Assembly: GCA_903905655.1 (NCBI GenBank)
Contig: CAIVHG010000083.1
Span: 2,785 to 66,784 of the forward strand
Direction: 5' to 3'
From: an uncultured beta proteobacterium
Lineage (GTDB): Bacteria; Pseudomonadota; Gammaproteobacteria; Burkholderiales; SG8-41
DNA length: 64,000 nt
A program made the position numbers and the translations under genes. Under the pieces are notes generated by a model. It was not told the origin of the DNA, searched no databases, and was given only the letters and a program-made list of their open reading frames with translations. The number at the start of each line of letters is the position of its first letter. Positions within the stretch are counted from its first letter, which is position 1. Positions 26,442-35,821 of this stretch are shown piece by piece.

Positions 26442-26927
26442 ATGAATCTCATAGCCCAACTCGTTCCGCTTGAGAACATACTGCTCGACCTGGACGTCGG
26501 CAGCAAGAAGCGCGTATTCGAGCAAGCCGGCCTGCTGTTCGAGAATCAGAACAACATCGCACGTGGCCTGGTTTTCGACAGCCTGTTTGCGCGCGAGAAA
26601 CTGGGATCGACCGGCCTCGGCCAGGGCATCGCTATTCCGCATGGACGCATCAAGTCGCTGCGCCAGGCGGTAGGCGCAATGATCCGGCTGCGCGAGGCGA
26701 TCCCCTTCGATGCTCCCGATGGCAAGCCCGTCAGCCTGATCTTCGTGCTGCTGGTGCCGGAACGCGCGACCGACGAGCACCTGCGCATCCTGAGCGAACT
26801 CGCGCAGATGTTCAGCGAACCGGCGTTTCGCGAGCAACTGCTGCACGCCCCCACCCCCGAGGCCGCACGCCGGCTGATTAGCGAATGGCAACCCCATGCA
26901 GAGAATCAGCGTAGCCCAGCTGTTTGA
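26442..26927 (+). CDS. ptsN: PTS-Ntr EIIA protein PtsN
   Basis: 161 aa. Phosphorylation-site region REKLGSTGLGQGIAIPHGRI. Confidence 0.9.
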   Translation: MNLIAQLVPLENILLDLDVGSKKRVFEQAGLLFENQNNIARGLVFDSLFAREKLGSTGLGQGIAIPHGRIKSLRQAVGAMIRLREAIPFDAPDGKPVSLIFVLLVPERATDEHLRILSELAQMFSEPAFREQLLHAPTPEAARRLISEWQPHAENQRSPAV

Positions 26928-27837
26928 GGACAACCGGGAGAAATTGGGCCTCCTGTGGATCGCCGGGCGCGATGGCGGCATCCGGCAGCTCGACACCTCG
27001 AGCCTCAGGGGCCTGCACGAAGGCCTGATCGGGCACCTCAACTTCATCCATCCGAACTGGATCCAGGTGTTCGCGCGCCCGGAGCTGGAGTACCTTGAGC
27101 GCCTCGAGCCGGCGCAGCGCCTGCAGATGCTACAGCCGCTGGTGGAGACCGGCCTCGCATGCATGATCGTCGCAGGCGATGAAGGCGTCCCTGCGCATCT
27201 GGCAGCCCTGGCCGACGAGATGCATGTCGCGCTCTTCACCTCGCCGCGCGAAAGCCTGGAAATGATGTCGCTGCTGCGCCCCTATCTGGCGCGCGCCCTC
27301 GGCGAATCCACCACCGTGCACGGCGTGGTCCTCGACGTGCTCGGCGTCGGGGTCATGATCACCGGCGACAGCGGAGTCGGCAAGAGCGAGCTCGCGCTCG
27401 AATTGATCAGCCGCGGAAGCGGGTTCATCGCCGACGACGTGATTGAGCTGCATCGCCTGGGACCGGAGACGCTGGAAGCCTCGTGCCCGCCGATGTTGCG
27501 CGATTTTCTCGAAGTGCGCGGTCTGGGCGTGCTCAACATTCGGACTATCTTCGGCGAATCGTCGCTGCGGCCGCGCAAGAACCTCAATCTGATCGTGAAT
27601 CTGGAAAAGCCCGGCGGGGCGGACACCAGCTACGTAGAGCGGCTCCCGCTCAAACCGGGGAGAGAGGAAATCATGGGCGTGCGGGTAAGCAAGGTCACCA
27701 TCCCCGTCGCAGCCGGTCGCAATCTTGCGGTGCTGGTCGAAGCGGCGGTGCGCAACTACGTGCTGCAGATGCGGGGCATGGACAGCACGCGCGAATTCAT
27801 CGCACGCCAGGCGCAGCAAATCGCAAAGGATGAATAA
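26896..27837 (+). CDS. hprK: HPr kinase/phosphorylase
   Basis: 313 aa. P-loop GDSGVGKSELALELI and LEVRGLGVLNIRTIFG. Confidence 0.9.
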   Translation: MQRISVAQLFEDNREKLGLLWIAGRDGGIRQLDTSSLRGLHEGLIGHLNFIHPNWIQVFARPELEYLERLEPAQRLQMLQPLVETGLACMIVAGDEGVPAHLAALADEMHVALFTSPRESLEMMSLLRPYLARALGESTTVHGVVLDVLGVGVMITGDSGVGKSELALELISRGSGFIADDVIELHRLGPETLEASCPPMLRDFLEVRGLGVLNIRTIFGESSLRPRKNLNLIVNLEKPGGADTSYVERLPLKPGREEIMGVRVSKVTIPVAAGRNLAVLVEAAVRNYVLQMRGMDSTREFIARQAQQIAKDE

Positions 27838-27918
27838 CGGGCGCGGCATCACTGCCGGCAAACTGGCGCAGCTCTGACAGAGGATCTGACACCGAAGTCA
27901 TCTGGTATAGTATCTAAG

Positions 27919-28764
27919 ATGCGTCTCATCATCATCACCGGTCTTTCCGGATCCGGAAAAAGCGTAGCGCTCAAGGCGCTCGAGGACGGCGCGTACTACA
28001 CCACCGACAATCTGCCGGCGAAGCTGCTGCCCGAGATGGTGGATTTTCTGAGCGCGGCCGGCTACAACCGCGTGGCGGTCAGCATCGACGCGCGCAGCGG
28101 AGATACGCTGAACCAGCTGCCGCAGCAGGTGCGCGACCTCAAGGCGCGCGACATCGACGTGCGGGTGCTGTTTCTAGACGCCAAGGACGACACCCTGCTC
28201 AAGCGCTATTCCGAAACCCGGCGCCGCCATCCCCTGAGCAACTCCGACCTCACAGTCGCGGAATGCATCGCGCGCGAACGCGAACTGCTCGCCGAGATCG
28301 GCAGCATGTCGCACCACATGGACACCAGCGACATCCGGCCCAACGCGCTGCGCGCCTGGGTCAAGCACATGGTCGAGTTCGATCTGTCGGAGATGACCCT
28401 GCTGTTCGAGTCGTTCGGATACAAGCACGGCATTCCGCTCGACGCCGATTTCGTATTCGACGTGCGCTGCCTGCCCAACCCGTACTACGATCCGCTGCTG
28501 CGGCCGCTCACCGGCAGGGATCAGGAGGTAATCGCCTTTCTGGACGCAGACAGCAACGTGACGCAGATGCTCGGCGACATACGCAGCTTCGTGGAGCGCT
28601 GGCTGCCTTGCTTCGTTGCCGACCACCGCAGCTATGTGACGGTGGCGATCGGCTGCACCGGTGGCAAACACCGCTCGGTGTACTTCGTCGACCAGCTTGC
28701 CCGCTATTTCGGCGAGTACCAGCGCGTGCTGGTGCGGCATCGCGAACTCGACGTAAACGAGTAG
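27919..28764 (+). CDS. rapZ: RNase adapter protein RapZ
   Basis: 281 aa. N-terminus [23 protein letters not shown] and C-terminal CTGGKHRSV motif. Confidence 0.9.
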   Translation: MRLIIITGLSGSGKSVALKALEDGAYYTTDNLPAKLLPEMVDFLSAAGYNRVAVSIDARSGDTLNQLPQQVRDLKARDIDVRVLFLDAKDDTLLKRYSETRRRHPLSNSDLTVAECIARERELLAEIGSMSHHMDTSDIRPNALRAWVKHMVEFDLSEMTLLFESFGYKHGIPLDADFVFDVRCLPNPYYDPLLRPLTGRDQEVIAFLDADSNVTQMLGDIRSFVERWLPCFVADHRSYVTVAIGCTGGKHRSVYFVDQLARYFGEYQRVLVRHRELDVNE

Positions 28765-28821
28765 CCGCGCGAGCAGGCGCGGTCCGCGACCGCGCTTCAG
28801 GCGTCCGCTGCGCTCCGGAAC

Positions 28822-29619
28822 CTAGACAGATTTTCCGCGGGGGTCGGCGCGTTGCACTTCCGCGCCCGGCTGCGCGCCGGTGTCGTCCGCACCGCCCTCG
28901 AACTCCCCGGCATAGCAGGGCGGCGAACTGTAGCTGCGCTCGTGCAATTGCCTGCGCGGCAGGCCGCGCGCATCGCACAGCGCGCGAGCGCGCGATTCAC
29001 ACGCCGCGGCATCGATGCGCGTCAGCACGCCACCGATTGGCGCATGCAACCCAGCTTCGGTCACGATGAAGTCCATCGCGATGTCGTGCGCCTGCGGCCG
29101 GATCGTCGCAAGCCGCGCCAGCTCGAAGCCCACCCCGATCGCGAGCGGCTGCGGACGCATCGCCGCGAGCGTCGCGTCGAAGTAGCCGCCGCCGTAACCG
29201 AGGCGATAGCCCTGCTCATCAAAGCCGTTGAGCGGCACCAGCAGCGCATCCGGCACCACGATCTCAGTACCCGTGGGCGACGGAATGCCCCACACACCGG
29301 GCGTCATTGCAGCACCCGGCCACCACTTCCTGAAGCACAGCGGGCTGCCCTTGGCGACGACTTTCGGAAGTGCGGCAATCGCCGCCAGCGCGCGAAAACT
29401 GCGGATCGTGAAACGCGCGTCGAACTCGCTCTTGAATGGCCAGCAGAAGCCGATCACCATGCCGGCAAGCATGGGAAATCCGGCCTCGATCGCAGCCGTG
29501 ATCGCTGTGCTCGAGGCCTGCCGCGCGCCGCATGTGGCCGCCTCGCGGCGCGCGATCAACAGAGCGCGTTGATCCTTGCGCCAGGCGTTGACCTGCGCCC
29601 AGTCTGTGTCCGCGCTCAT
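28822..29619 (-). CDS. 5-formyltetrahydrofolate cyclo-ligase family protein with a roughly 65 aa C-terminal extension
   Basis: 265 aa. Family motif LLVPLNGFDEQGYRLGYGGGYFD. Confidence 0.8.
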   Translation of the reverse strand: MSADTDWAQVNAWRKDQRALLIARREAATCGARQASSTAITAAIEAGFPMLAGMVIGFCWPFKSEFDARFTIRSFRALAAIAALPKVVAKGSPLCFRKWWPGAAMTPGVWGIPSPTGTEIVVPDALLVPLNGFDEQGYRLGYGGGYFDATLAAMRPQPLAIGVGFELARLATIRPQAHDIAMDFIVTEAGLHAPIGGVLTRIDAAACESRARALCDARGLPRRQLHERSYSSPPCYAGEFEGGADDTGAQPGAEVQRADPRGKSV

Positions 29620-29731
29620 GCGCGCTGTTTCTTCCGAAGCCTCATGGTGCTCATGATGCAGCAGGCGCGCGTTTGCGGCAAGCGCCTAGATCCCAGAGAG
29701 CGCGCAAGGCTGCGCTCAAAATGTGCGGACC

Positions 29732-30793
29732 CTAAGTTCGATGCCTGCCAGAGGAACCCAGAGCGGCGATGATCTTGCGCACCGGAGTCGGAATTGCGGC
29801 GACCAGCGCGTCCGCGATCGGCAGCCAGACCGCACCCGGAGACGCGGCACGCGGCAACAGCGACGCCACCGCAATGCGCTGCGGTTCGATCTCGAGCCTG
29901 AAATGTGTGAAGCTGTGCGCGATGGGTGCGAGCGCCGCGTGCTTGGATATCCTTGCGCCATAACGCTGCGCGCACAACTCGGCCAGATTCGCATCCGGCC
30001 CGGCTTCAGGCAGACTCCACAGACCGCCCCAGATTCCGGTGGGCGGGCGTTTTTCGAGCAGCACCGAGCCCGCATGCAGCAGCACCAGCATGCGCGTGTA
30101 GCGCTGCGGCAATTTCTTGCGCGGACGCGGCGCCGGAATTTCACCGGTCTTGCCGCGCCTGCGCGCATCGCATGTCAGCGCCACCGGACACGCGTCGCAG
30201 CGCGGAGCGCCGCGCACGCACACCGCATTCCCGAGGTCCATCAATCCCTGCGTATAAGCTTCGATACTGCGCGAGGGCAGCTCGGCCAATGCGCTGCTCC
30301 ACAGTTTCGCCTCCACCTTGGCATCGCCGGGATAGCCCGCGATGCCGAACTGGCGCGCAAGCAGGCGCTTGACGTTGCCGTCGAGGATGGCGTGCTGCGC
30401 CCCGTGCGCGAACACGCAGATCGCCGCTGCCGTGGAAGGTCCGATCCCCGGCAGTTCGAGCACTTCAGCGTAGTCCGCCGGAAAGCAGCCGCGATGTTGC
30501 GCGACGATGTGCTGCGCAGCGCGATGCAGATTGCGCCCGCGCGAGTAATACCCGAGCCCGCTCCACACTGCGAGCACCTCGTCCTGAGTGGCTGCTGCCA
30601 GGGATCTGAGATGCGGAAAGCGCGCGAGAAAGCGCTGGTAATATGCGATCACCGTCGCCACCTGGGTCTGCTGCAGCATGATTTCGGAGAGCCAGATGCG
30701 GTACGGATCGCGCGTGTTCTGCCACGGCAAATCGTGGCGGCCGTGGACGCGTTGCCAGCGCACGACCCGGGCCGCGAAGCCGGGCGCGCTCAT
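29732..30793 (-). CDS. mutY: A/G-specific adenine DNA glycosylase MutY
   Basis: DLPWQNTRDPYRIWLSEIMLQQTQV, an HhH-GPD region and an Fe-S cluster loop (C...C..C....C). The ATG at 30793 is preferred over the ORF-track start at 30859. Confidence 0.9.
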   Translation of the reverse strand: MSAPGFAARVVRWQRVHGRHDLPWQNTRDPYRIWLSEIMLQQTQVATVIAYYQRFLARFPHLRSLAAATQDEVLAVWSGLGYYSRGRNLHRAAQHIVAQHRGCFPADYAEVLELPGIGPSTAAAICVFAHGAQHAILDGNVKRLLARQFGIAGYPGDAKVEAKLWSSALAELPSRSIEAYTQGLMDLGNAVCVRGAPRCDACPVALTCDARRRGKTGEIPAPRPRKKLPQRYTRMLVLLHAGSVLLEKRPPTGIWGGLWSLPEAGPDANLAELCAQRYGARISKHAALAPIAHSFTHFRLEIEPQRIAVASLLPRAASPGAVWLPIADALVAAIPTPVRKIIAALGSSGRHRT

Positions 30794-30818
30794 GAATCGA
30801 ACCGCCGGGCGCGCGCGG

Positions 30819-31787
30819 CTACTCCAGTGCAAACCAAGCGACGGCGTTCCGGTAAGCAACCTTTTCCGCGACCGCCGGGCTCAGGTTTGCGAGCAGCCCG
30901 AAGCGGATGTTCCTGACCGTCGCCTCATAGTCGCCCCAACTCTGCACATCGTCTACGCCCACCGTGAAGCGGTCGGGATAGTCCTCGATCAATTGCATCC
31001 AGTCGCTGCGCAGCGCGCTATCGAATACCGTGCGGTCGATGGCGCGGCCCTTCAGTTGCGGTGGGCTGCGATAAGAGAGGTCGCAGTAGACATTGGGATT
31101 TTTTTCCAGCAGTTCGCGCATCGCGGAGGCGCTGGCGAAACTGCCGCAATGGGACAGTATCAGCCGCGCATTGCGGTTCGATTCCGCCAGTTGCTGAAAC
31201 TCACGGGCCGTGTCGTCGTCCCACTGCGCATGCAGGTTGAGCGGCCGCCCGTACTTGGCCGCGAGATCGAGCAGCGCCTTGAGCGTGGGCGCGTGGGCAT
31301 CGATCTTGTGATAGACGATTTGGTTTGCGGCGGACTGCAGCGTGTTCACGTGAATCTCGCTGATCGCGCGGGCGCCGTTGTCGCGCAGATCGGTCTCGAC
31401 GCTGGCCAGCATTTGCTTGAACAGAGGACCGCCGGCGTTCTCTAGTGCCTCCACGCTGTCCTGCCGCTTGATGGCCAGCCATTGCACCTGCCCGGTAGAG
31501 CGGATGTAACGGCGACCGAGGGCGGCAATCGCCTGCATGTCCCTCACCGGTGGCCCTACTGCAGCAGCGCCTCCAGCCCAGCGTATGCCGTTGCGGTCCA
31601 TGTAGCCGATGACCTGCGCGATGTCCATCCATGGCATCACGTGGAAGTGCGCATCGGCCAGCGGCATCGTCTTAGCTGCTTCGGGACCCAGCACGCTGTC
31701 CGCTGCGCGGCTTGCCGGCGCCGCAAACCCCACTGCGGCAATGCACGCCAGAATCCGCGCCCCTCGCCCCGCCCATCCGTTCCTCAT
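30819..31787 (-). CDS. Secreted metal-dependent amidohydrolase-family protein
   Basis: Signal-like N-terminus MRNGWAGRGARILACIAAVGFAAPASRAADS, then ADAHFHVMPW (HxH metal motif) and a TIM-barrel-type sequence. The start is chosen at the signal peptide. Confidence 0.6.
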   Translation of the reverse strand: MRNGWAGRGARILACIAAVGFAAPASRAADSVLGPEAAKTMPLADAHFHVMPWMDIAQVIGYMDRNGIRWAGGAAAVGPPVRDMQAIAALGRRYIRSTGQVQWLAIKRQDSVEALENAGGPLFKQMLASVETDLRDNGARAISEIHVNTLQSAANQIVYHKIDAHAPTLKALLDLAAKYGRPLNLHAQWDDDTAREFQQLAESNRNARLILSHCGSFASASAMRELLEKNPNVYCDLSYRSPPQLKGRAIDRTVFDSALRSDWMQLIEDYPDRFTVGVDDVQSWGDYEATVRNIRFGLLANLSPAVAEKVAYRNAVAWFALE

Positions 31788-31914
31788 CCGCCAGCTCCTA
31801 GAGAATTGCGCGGCCGCCTCAGCCAGCCTCCGCCCACCCCGCCGCAAATCAATGTGCACTTCCGCGACCGTGCGCATGCGCACTTGCGATCTACGGAGCA
31901 GAACAAGGAGAAGC

Positions 31915-31988
31915 TGGAGCGGGTGAAGGGAATCGAACCCTCGTCTTAAGCTTGGGAAGCTTTCGTTCTACCATTGAACTACACCCGC
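31915..31988 (-). tRNA. tRNA-Gly (anticodon CCC)
   Basis: The reverse complement is GCGGGTG-TA-GTTCAATGGTAGAAC-G-AAAGC-TTCCCAA-GCTTT-AAGAC-GAGGG-TTCGATT-CCCTT-CACCCGC-TCCA. It forms a full cloverleaf with a CCC anticodon and an encoded CCA. Confidence 0.9.
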
Positions 31989-32385
31989 GGCAGGTGCCGA
32001 TTCTATAGGGGGAGCGTGCCATGTTGCAAATCCTAGCCTGATTGCAATCCGCAGCGGCGGCGGACAGCGGTCAGATTTTCGACCCGTGAGCACGCTCAAG
32101 TATGAAACTATGCCCCGTTAGCACCGCGCGCACAGCCTGGTGAGTCCCTGCATCGATGACAGGAAGCATGCGACATAGTGGCGGACGATGAAGCCGATGT
32201 TACCGCGAGTCTGTACGCGGAAGGCGCGCCCCCGGCATGCTCGTGACATGGCGCGAATTTCGCTACATCAAGCACACAGCGTGCCCCAGATGCACATCCG
32301 CCCCGTCGTTGTGATTGCGCATTGCCCTTGTGCTAGAATGCCCGACGGTTACTGTCAACAATAACGTTTGAAAGGAGCGGACTTT

Positions 32386-32991
32386 ATGGGAGCAATATTT
32401 CAATCGCTGGGACGCACCGTCGTAGCAGGCATCGTTCTCCTGATCGCGATCATCGTTGCGGTTAAAGCGATGTCGCTCGGTGGCGTAAACCTGGGTGACC
32501 ACAGCTGGTGGGCATTTTTCGATCGCTGGCTGCACGTGGTTTCCGGAGTGATGTGGATCGGCCTGCTCTGGTACTTCAATTTCGTGCAAACGCCCTCCAT
32601 GCCGAAGATCCCGGATGATCAGAAACCAGCCATCACCAAGGTGATCGCGCCCAGAGCACTGTTCTGGTTCCGCTGGTCCGCGCTTGCCACGGTCGTCACG
32701 GGTCTGATCCTGGCCAGCATGACCGGCTACCTCGGTGACGCGCTGATGCTCAAAAAAGGCGTGCACGCCATCGGCATCGGCATGTGGCTCGCGCTGGTGA
32801 TGGCATTCAACGTCTGGTTCATCATCTGGCCCAACCAGAAGAAAGCCCTTGGAATCGTGCAGGTCCCCCCTGAAGAAAAAGCGGCGGCGGCCAAGATGGC
32901 AGGCATGGCGTCGCGCTTCAACACCATGTTCTCCATTCCCATGCTGTTCTGCATGGTCGCACAGCAAAACGCCGGACTCGCCGGAATGTAA
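32386..32991 (+). CDS. Polytopic membrane protein, possibly of the PuuD/urate-hydroxylase N-terminal-domain family
   Basis: 201 aa with 4-5 TM segments. The motif WLHVVSGVMWIGLLWYFNFVQ is recalled from PuuD-like proteins, so the family call is tentative. A good SD (AAAGGAG) lies 8 nt before the ATG, with an upstream TGcTAGAAT extended -10. Confidence 0.55.
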   Translation: MGAIFQSLGRTVVAGIVLLIAIIVAVKAMSLGGVNLGDHSWWAFFDRWLHVVSGVMWIGLLWYFNFVQTPSMPKIPDDQKPAITKVIAPRALFWFRWSALATVVTGLILASMTGYLGDALMLKKGVHAIGIGMWLALVMAFNVWFIIWPNQKKALGIVQVPPEEKAAAAKMAGMASRFNTMFSIPMLFCMVAQQNAGLAGM

Positions 32992-33026
32992 ATAGATCCA
33001 GGCCAGCAAGCGCCGGCTTCGGACAC

Positions 33027-33057
33027 AAAAACGCGCGGCATTGCCGCGCGTTTTTTA
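33027..33057. terminator. Bidirectional rho-independent terminator
   Basis: AAAAA-CGCGCGGC-ATT-GCCGCGCG-TTTTTT: a perfect GC-rich stem flanked by an A-run and a T-run, between convergent genes. It overlaps the stop codon of the DUF192 gene. Confidence 0.75.
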
Positions 33058-33495
33058 TTGCGCCGGTGGTACTTTGTCGAGCCCGTCCACCTTTGCGCCC
33101 GCCCTGATGCCGCGCTTGGCGAACCAGCCCTGATTCATTTCCAGCGCATATTGCGCCGGCTTCAAGGAAGGATGGGGATCGGTGGTGAGCGGCTTCATGT
33201 CAGCGATGTTGACGATGATGCCGTGCTCGTCGATGAAGGCGATGCTCAGTGGTATGTAGGTGTTCATCATCCAGAAATTCTGGACCGATGGATAAGGAAA
33301 GACGAACAGCATGCCCCGGCTCTCCGGCATTATGCGCCGATGCATGAGCCCGACGGTGCGCGTCGCATCGCTGGCAGCCACTTCAACAGTGAACTTTTGG
33401 CTGTTGATCTGCAGCTGCATCTCGGGCAGCACAGGGCCGTCGGCCGCACGCGCGCTGCAGGCGCAGAGGAAGAGTATGAGCAGCAGCTTTTTCAT
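33055..33495 (-). CDS. DUF192 domain-containing secreted protein
   Basis: Signal peptide MKKLLLILFLCACSARA. The DUF192 core is TVGLMHRRIMPESRGMLFVF...FWMMNTYIPLSIAFID. The long upstream extension in the ORF track is Arg/Ala-rich and implausible. Confidence 0.8.
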   Translation of the reverse strand: MKKLLLILFLCACSARAADGPVLPEMQLQINSQKFTVEVAASDATRTVGLMHRRIMPESRGMLFVFPYPSVQNFWMMNTYIPLSIAFIDEHGIIVNIADMKPLTTDPHPSLKPAQYALEMNQGWFAKRGIRAGAKVDGLDKVPPAQ

Positions 33496-33518
33496 GCCGG
33501 ATTCCTTTCCTAAAATAT

Positions 33519-33929
33519 TTAGCCCTGCCTCAGGCAGTTCGCCCACAGCCAGTCTGCAATCGCGTCGAGTATCGCACCCACTTCCCCGATCGCCGGCAGC
33601 AGCGTGATGTTGCAGCCGCGATGCTCGGCGCGTATCCCTTCCAGAATGCGCGGCACGTCCTGCTTGAGGTGGCCGCCCTGCGCCATGAAGAGCGGCGCCA
33701 CCACGATGCGCTCGTGGCCTGCGCCCGCGAGACGGGCGATTGCGTCTGCCAGCGACGGCTGCATGATCTCCAGAAACGCAAGTTCCACCACCGCGCCGGG
33801 GCGGCGCTCCACGAGCAGGCGCCTGATGTTGTGGAACGGCTCGGCCCATTGCGGGTCGCGCGCTCCATGCGCGAACAGGACCAGTGCCGGAGCTTCGCTG
33901 CTGGCGGTCGAACGAGCGGCTTTAGACAT
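33519..33929 (-). CDS. CbiX/SirB-type chelatase family protein
   Basis: 136 aa. LVLFAHGARDPQW...IVVAPLFMAQGGHLKQDVP. Confidence 0.7.
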   Translation of the reverse strand: MSKAARSTASSEAPALVLFAHGARDPQWAEPFHNIRRLLVERRPGAVVELAFLEIMQPSLADAIARLAGAGHERIVVAPLFMAQGGHLKQDVPRILEGIRAEHRGCNITLLPAIGEVGAILDAIADWLWANCLRQG

Positions 33930-33956
33930 TTACAGTTCCAGACTGCACACCCGACA

Positions 33957-34406
33957 TCAATGCTTGCCAGTGCTGCCGAAACCGCCCGCACCGCGCATGC
34001 TTTGCGAGAATTCCTCGACCACATGCAATTCCACCTGCACAACCGGCACCACCACGAGCTGCGCGAGCCGCTCCATGGGATTCAACACGAACGCGCTGGC
34101 GCCGCGGTTCCAGGTAGAGACGAAGATCTGTCCCTGATAATCCGAATCGATGAGACCGACCAGATTGCCGAGCACGATGCCGTGCTTGTGGCCGAGTCCG
34201 GAGCGCGGCAATATCACCGCCGCCAGCCCCGGGTCGGCCAAATGGATTGCAATGCCGGTCGGTACCAGCTCGGTCTGCCCTGGTTCCAGCGTGATTGGGT
34301 GATCTATGCAGGCGCGCAAGTCCAGACCTGCCGAGCCGGTCGTCGCATATTGAGGCAACAGCTCGCGCATGCGCGGATCGAGTATTTTGACGTCGAGTTT
34401 TTTCAT
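33957..34406 (-). CDS. dut: dUTP diphosphatase
   Basis: 149 aa. [13 protein letters not shown]...GLIDSDYQG...[10 protein letters not shown]. Confidence 0.95.
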   Translation of the reverse strand: MKKLDVKILDPRMRELLPQYATTGSAGLDLRACIDHPITLEPGQTELVPTGIAIHLADPGLAAVILPRSGLGHKHGIVLGNLVGLIDSDYQGQIFVSTWNRGASAFVLNPMERLAQLVVVPVVQVELHVVEEFSQSMRGAGGFGSTGKH

Positions 34407-34493
34407 AGTGGCTTGAGGTTCAGGTGTGCCGATTTACGGACAATCAGCTTGGTGCGCGCGCCTGCGCATGCGTTCCGTGGATCGACGGTTGGT

Positions 34494-35702
34494 TCAAGAT
34501 TTTTGAGTTGCGCGGTAGCGCGCGGCAATGTATGCGATGAGGCTGCGGGCGAGCGCAGTCTTGGCGGCGCGCGGCAGCACGTGAATGCCATCGTCGTCAA
34601 GCAGCGTGAGCTCGTTGTCGTCGGCGCCGAGCGCCTCATGCGCGAGATTGGCAACCAGCAGGGGAATTTTCTTGCGGCGGCGCTTTTCCTCCGCGTACTG
34701 CACCAGGTTGTCCGTCTCCGCGGCAAAGCCTACGCAAAAAGGCGGGCGTGGCCGCGCCGCAACCCACGACAGGATGTCCGGATTGGGCAAGAGCTTCAGG
34801 GTCAGGGTATCCTCTGACTTCTTGATCTTGTTCTTCCGGGGAGCATCGACGCGATAGTCGGCCACCGCTGCAACGCTGATGAATATGTCCGCGCGCTCTA
34901 CATGCTTTTGAACTGCAGAGTACATTTCGGCTGCAGTCTCCACGCGCTCAATGCACGCGGCAGCCGGCGGATCGAGCGCGGTCGGCCCTGATATCAGGGT
35001 GACTTCGGCGCCCGCCGCGAGCGCGGCGCGCGCGATCGCGTAGCCCATCTTGCCGGAACTGCGGTTGGTGATGCCGCGCACTGCATCGATCGGCTCGAAG
35101 GTGGGGCCGGCGGTGATCAGGATGCGCGTCCCGTCGAACAGCCGCGGTTCAACAAGGGCGCAAAGTTCCGCATGGATCTCAGAAGCTTCGAGCATGCGGC
35201 CCGCGCCCACCTCGCCGCAGGCCTGTGCTCCGCTTGCGGGACCCAGGATGGAAATGCCATCGCGCGCGAGCTGCGCGACGTTGCGCTGCGTCGCAGGGTT
35301 GCCCCACATCTCGCGGTTCATCGCGGGTGCGACCGCCAGCCGGCAGCCGCCGCGCGAACGCGCGAGGCACAAGGTCGAGAGCAGATCGTCGGCAAAACCC
35401 TGCGCGAGCTTGGCTAGAAAATCCGCAGACGCAGGCGCCACCACGATCATGTCGGCTGCGCGCGTCAGCGAAATATGCGCCATGTTGTCTGGCGCCCGGG
35501 CATCCCACATGTCGGTATATACCGGCTTGCCCGAGAGCGCCTGCATGGTTGCAGGCGTGATGAAGCCGCACGCCGCCTGCGTCATCACGACCTGCACGTC
35601 CGCACCATCCTTGATCAACAGGCGCAACAACTCCGCGGCCTTGTAGGCAGCGATGCCGCCGGTCACGCCCAGCACGATGCGCTTTTGCTGCAAATCCGCC
35701 AT
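34494..35702 (-). CDS. coaBC: Bifunctional phosphopantothenoylcysteine decarboxylase/synthetase
   Basis: 402 aa. Flavoprotein N-domain IVLGVTGGIAAYKAAELLRLL and the DFP C-domain ITNRSSGKMGYAIA. Confidence 0.95.
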   Translation of the reverse strand: MADLQQKRIVLGVTGGIAAYKAAELLRLLIKDGADVQVVMTQAACGFITPATMQALSGKPVYTDMWDARAPDNMAHISLTRAADMIVVAPASADFLAKLAQGFADDLLSTLCLARSRGGCRLAVAPAMNREMWGNPATQRNVAQLARDGISILGPASGAQACGEVGAGRMLEASEIHAELCALVEPRLFDGTRILITAGPTFEPIDAVRGITNRSSGKMGYAIARAALAAGAEVTLISGPTALDPPAAACIERVETAAEMYSAVQKHVERADIFISVAAVADYRVDAPRKNKIKKSEDTLTLKLLPNPDILSWVAARPRPPFCVGFAAETDNLVQYAEEKRRRKKIPLLVANLAHEALGADDNELTLLDDDGIHVLPRAAKTALARSLIAYIAARYRATQKS

Positions 35703-35821
35703 GGAGCCTGTTCTCCGAAAACCGCTAATGTCCTGAGTCTTTATAGAGTGTAAACCAAATCGCCGCGTGCAGACACGATTGCGCGCAACCAGTGCGCCGC
35801 CAGCATAGCGGTACTCGCGTG

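Noticed and set aside
29620-29731. Searched for a 6S RNA (ssrS) gene upstream of the 5-formyltetrahydrofolate cyclo-ligase gene, because ssrS-ygfA synteny is well known in E. coli and relatives.
   Set aside because: Only about 112 nt separate this gene from the mutY stop, which is too short for a roughly 180 nt 6S RNA. I could not see the long closing stem with a central bubble. A covariance-model scan (Rfam RF00013) would be decisive.
31884-32385. The tRNA-Gly(CCC) locus as a possible integration site for a genomic island, together with the 397 bp non-coding stretch beside it.
   Set aside because: No integrase, no direct repeat of the tRNA 3' end and no phage or IS genes were seen on either side. 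The flanking genes are an amidohydrolase and a membrane protein with native-looking composition.
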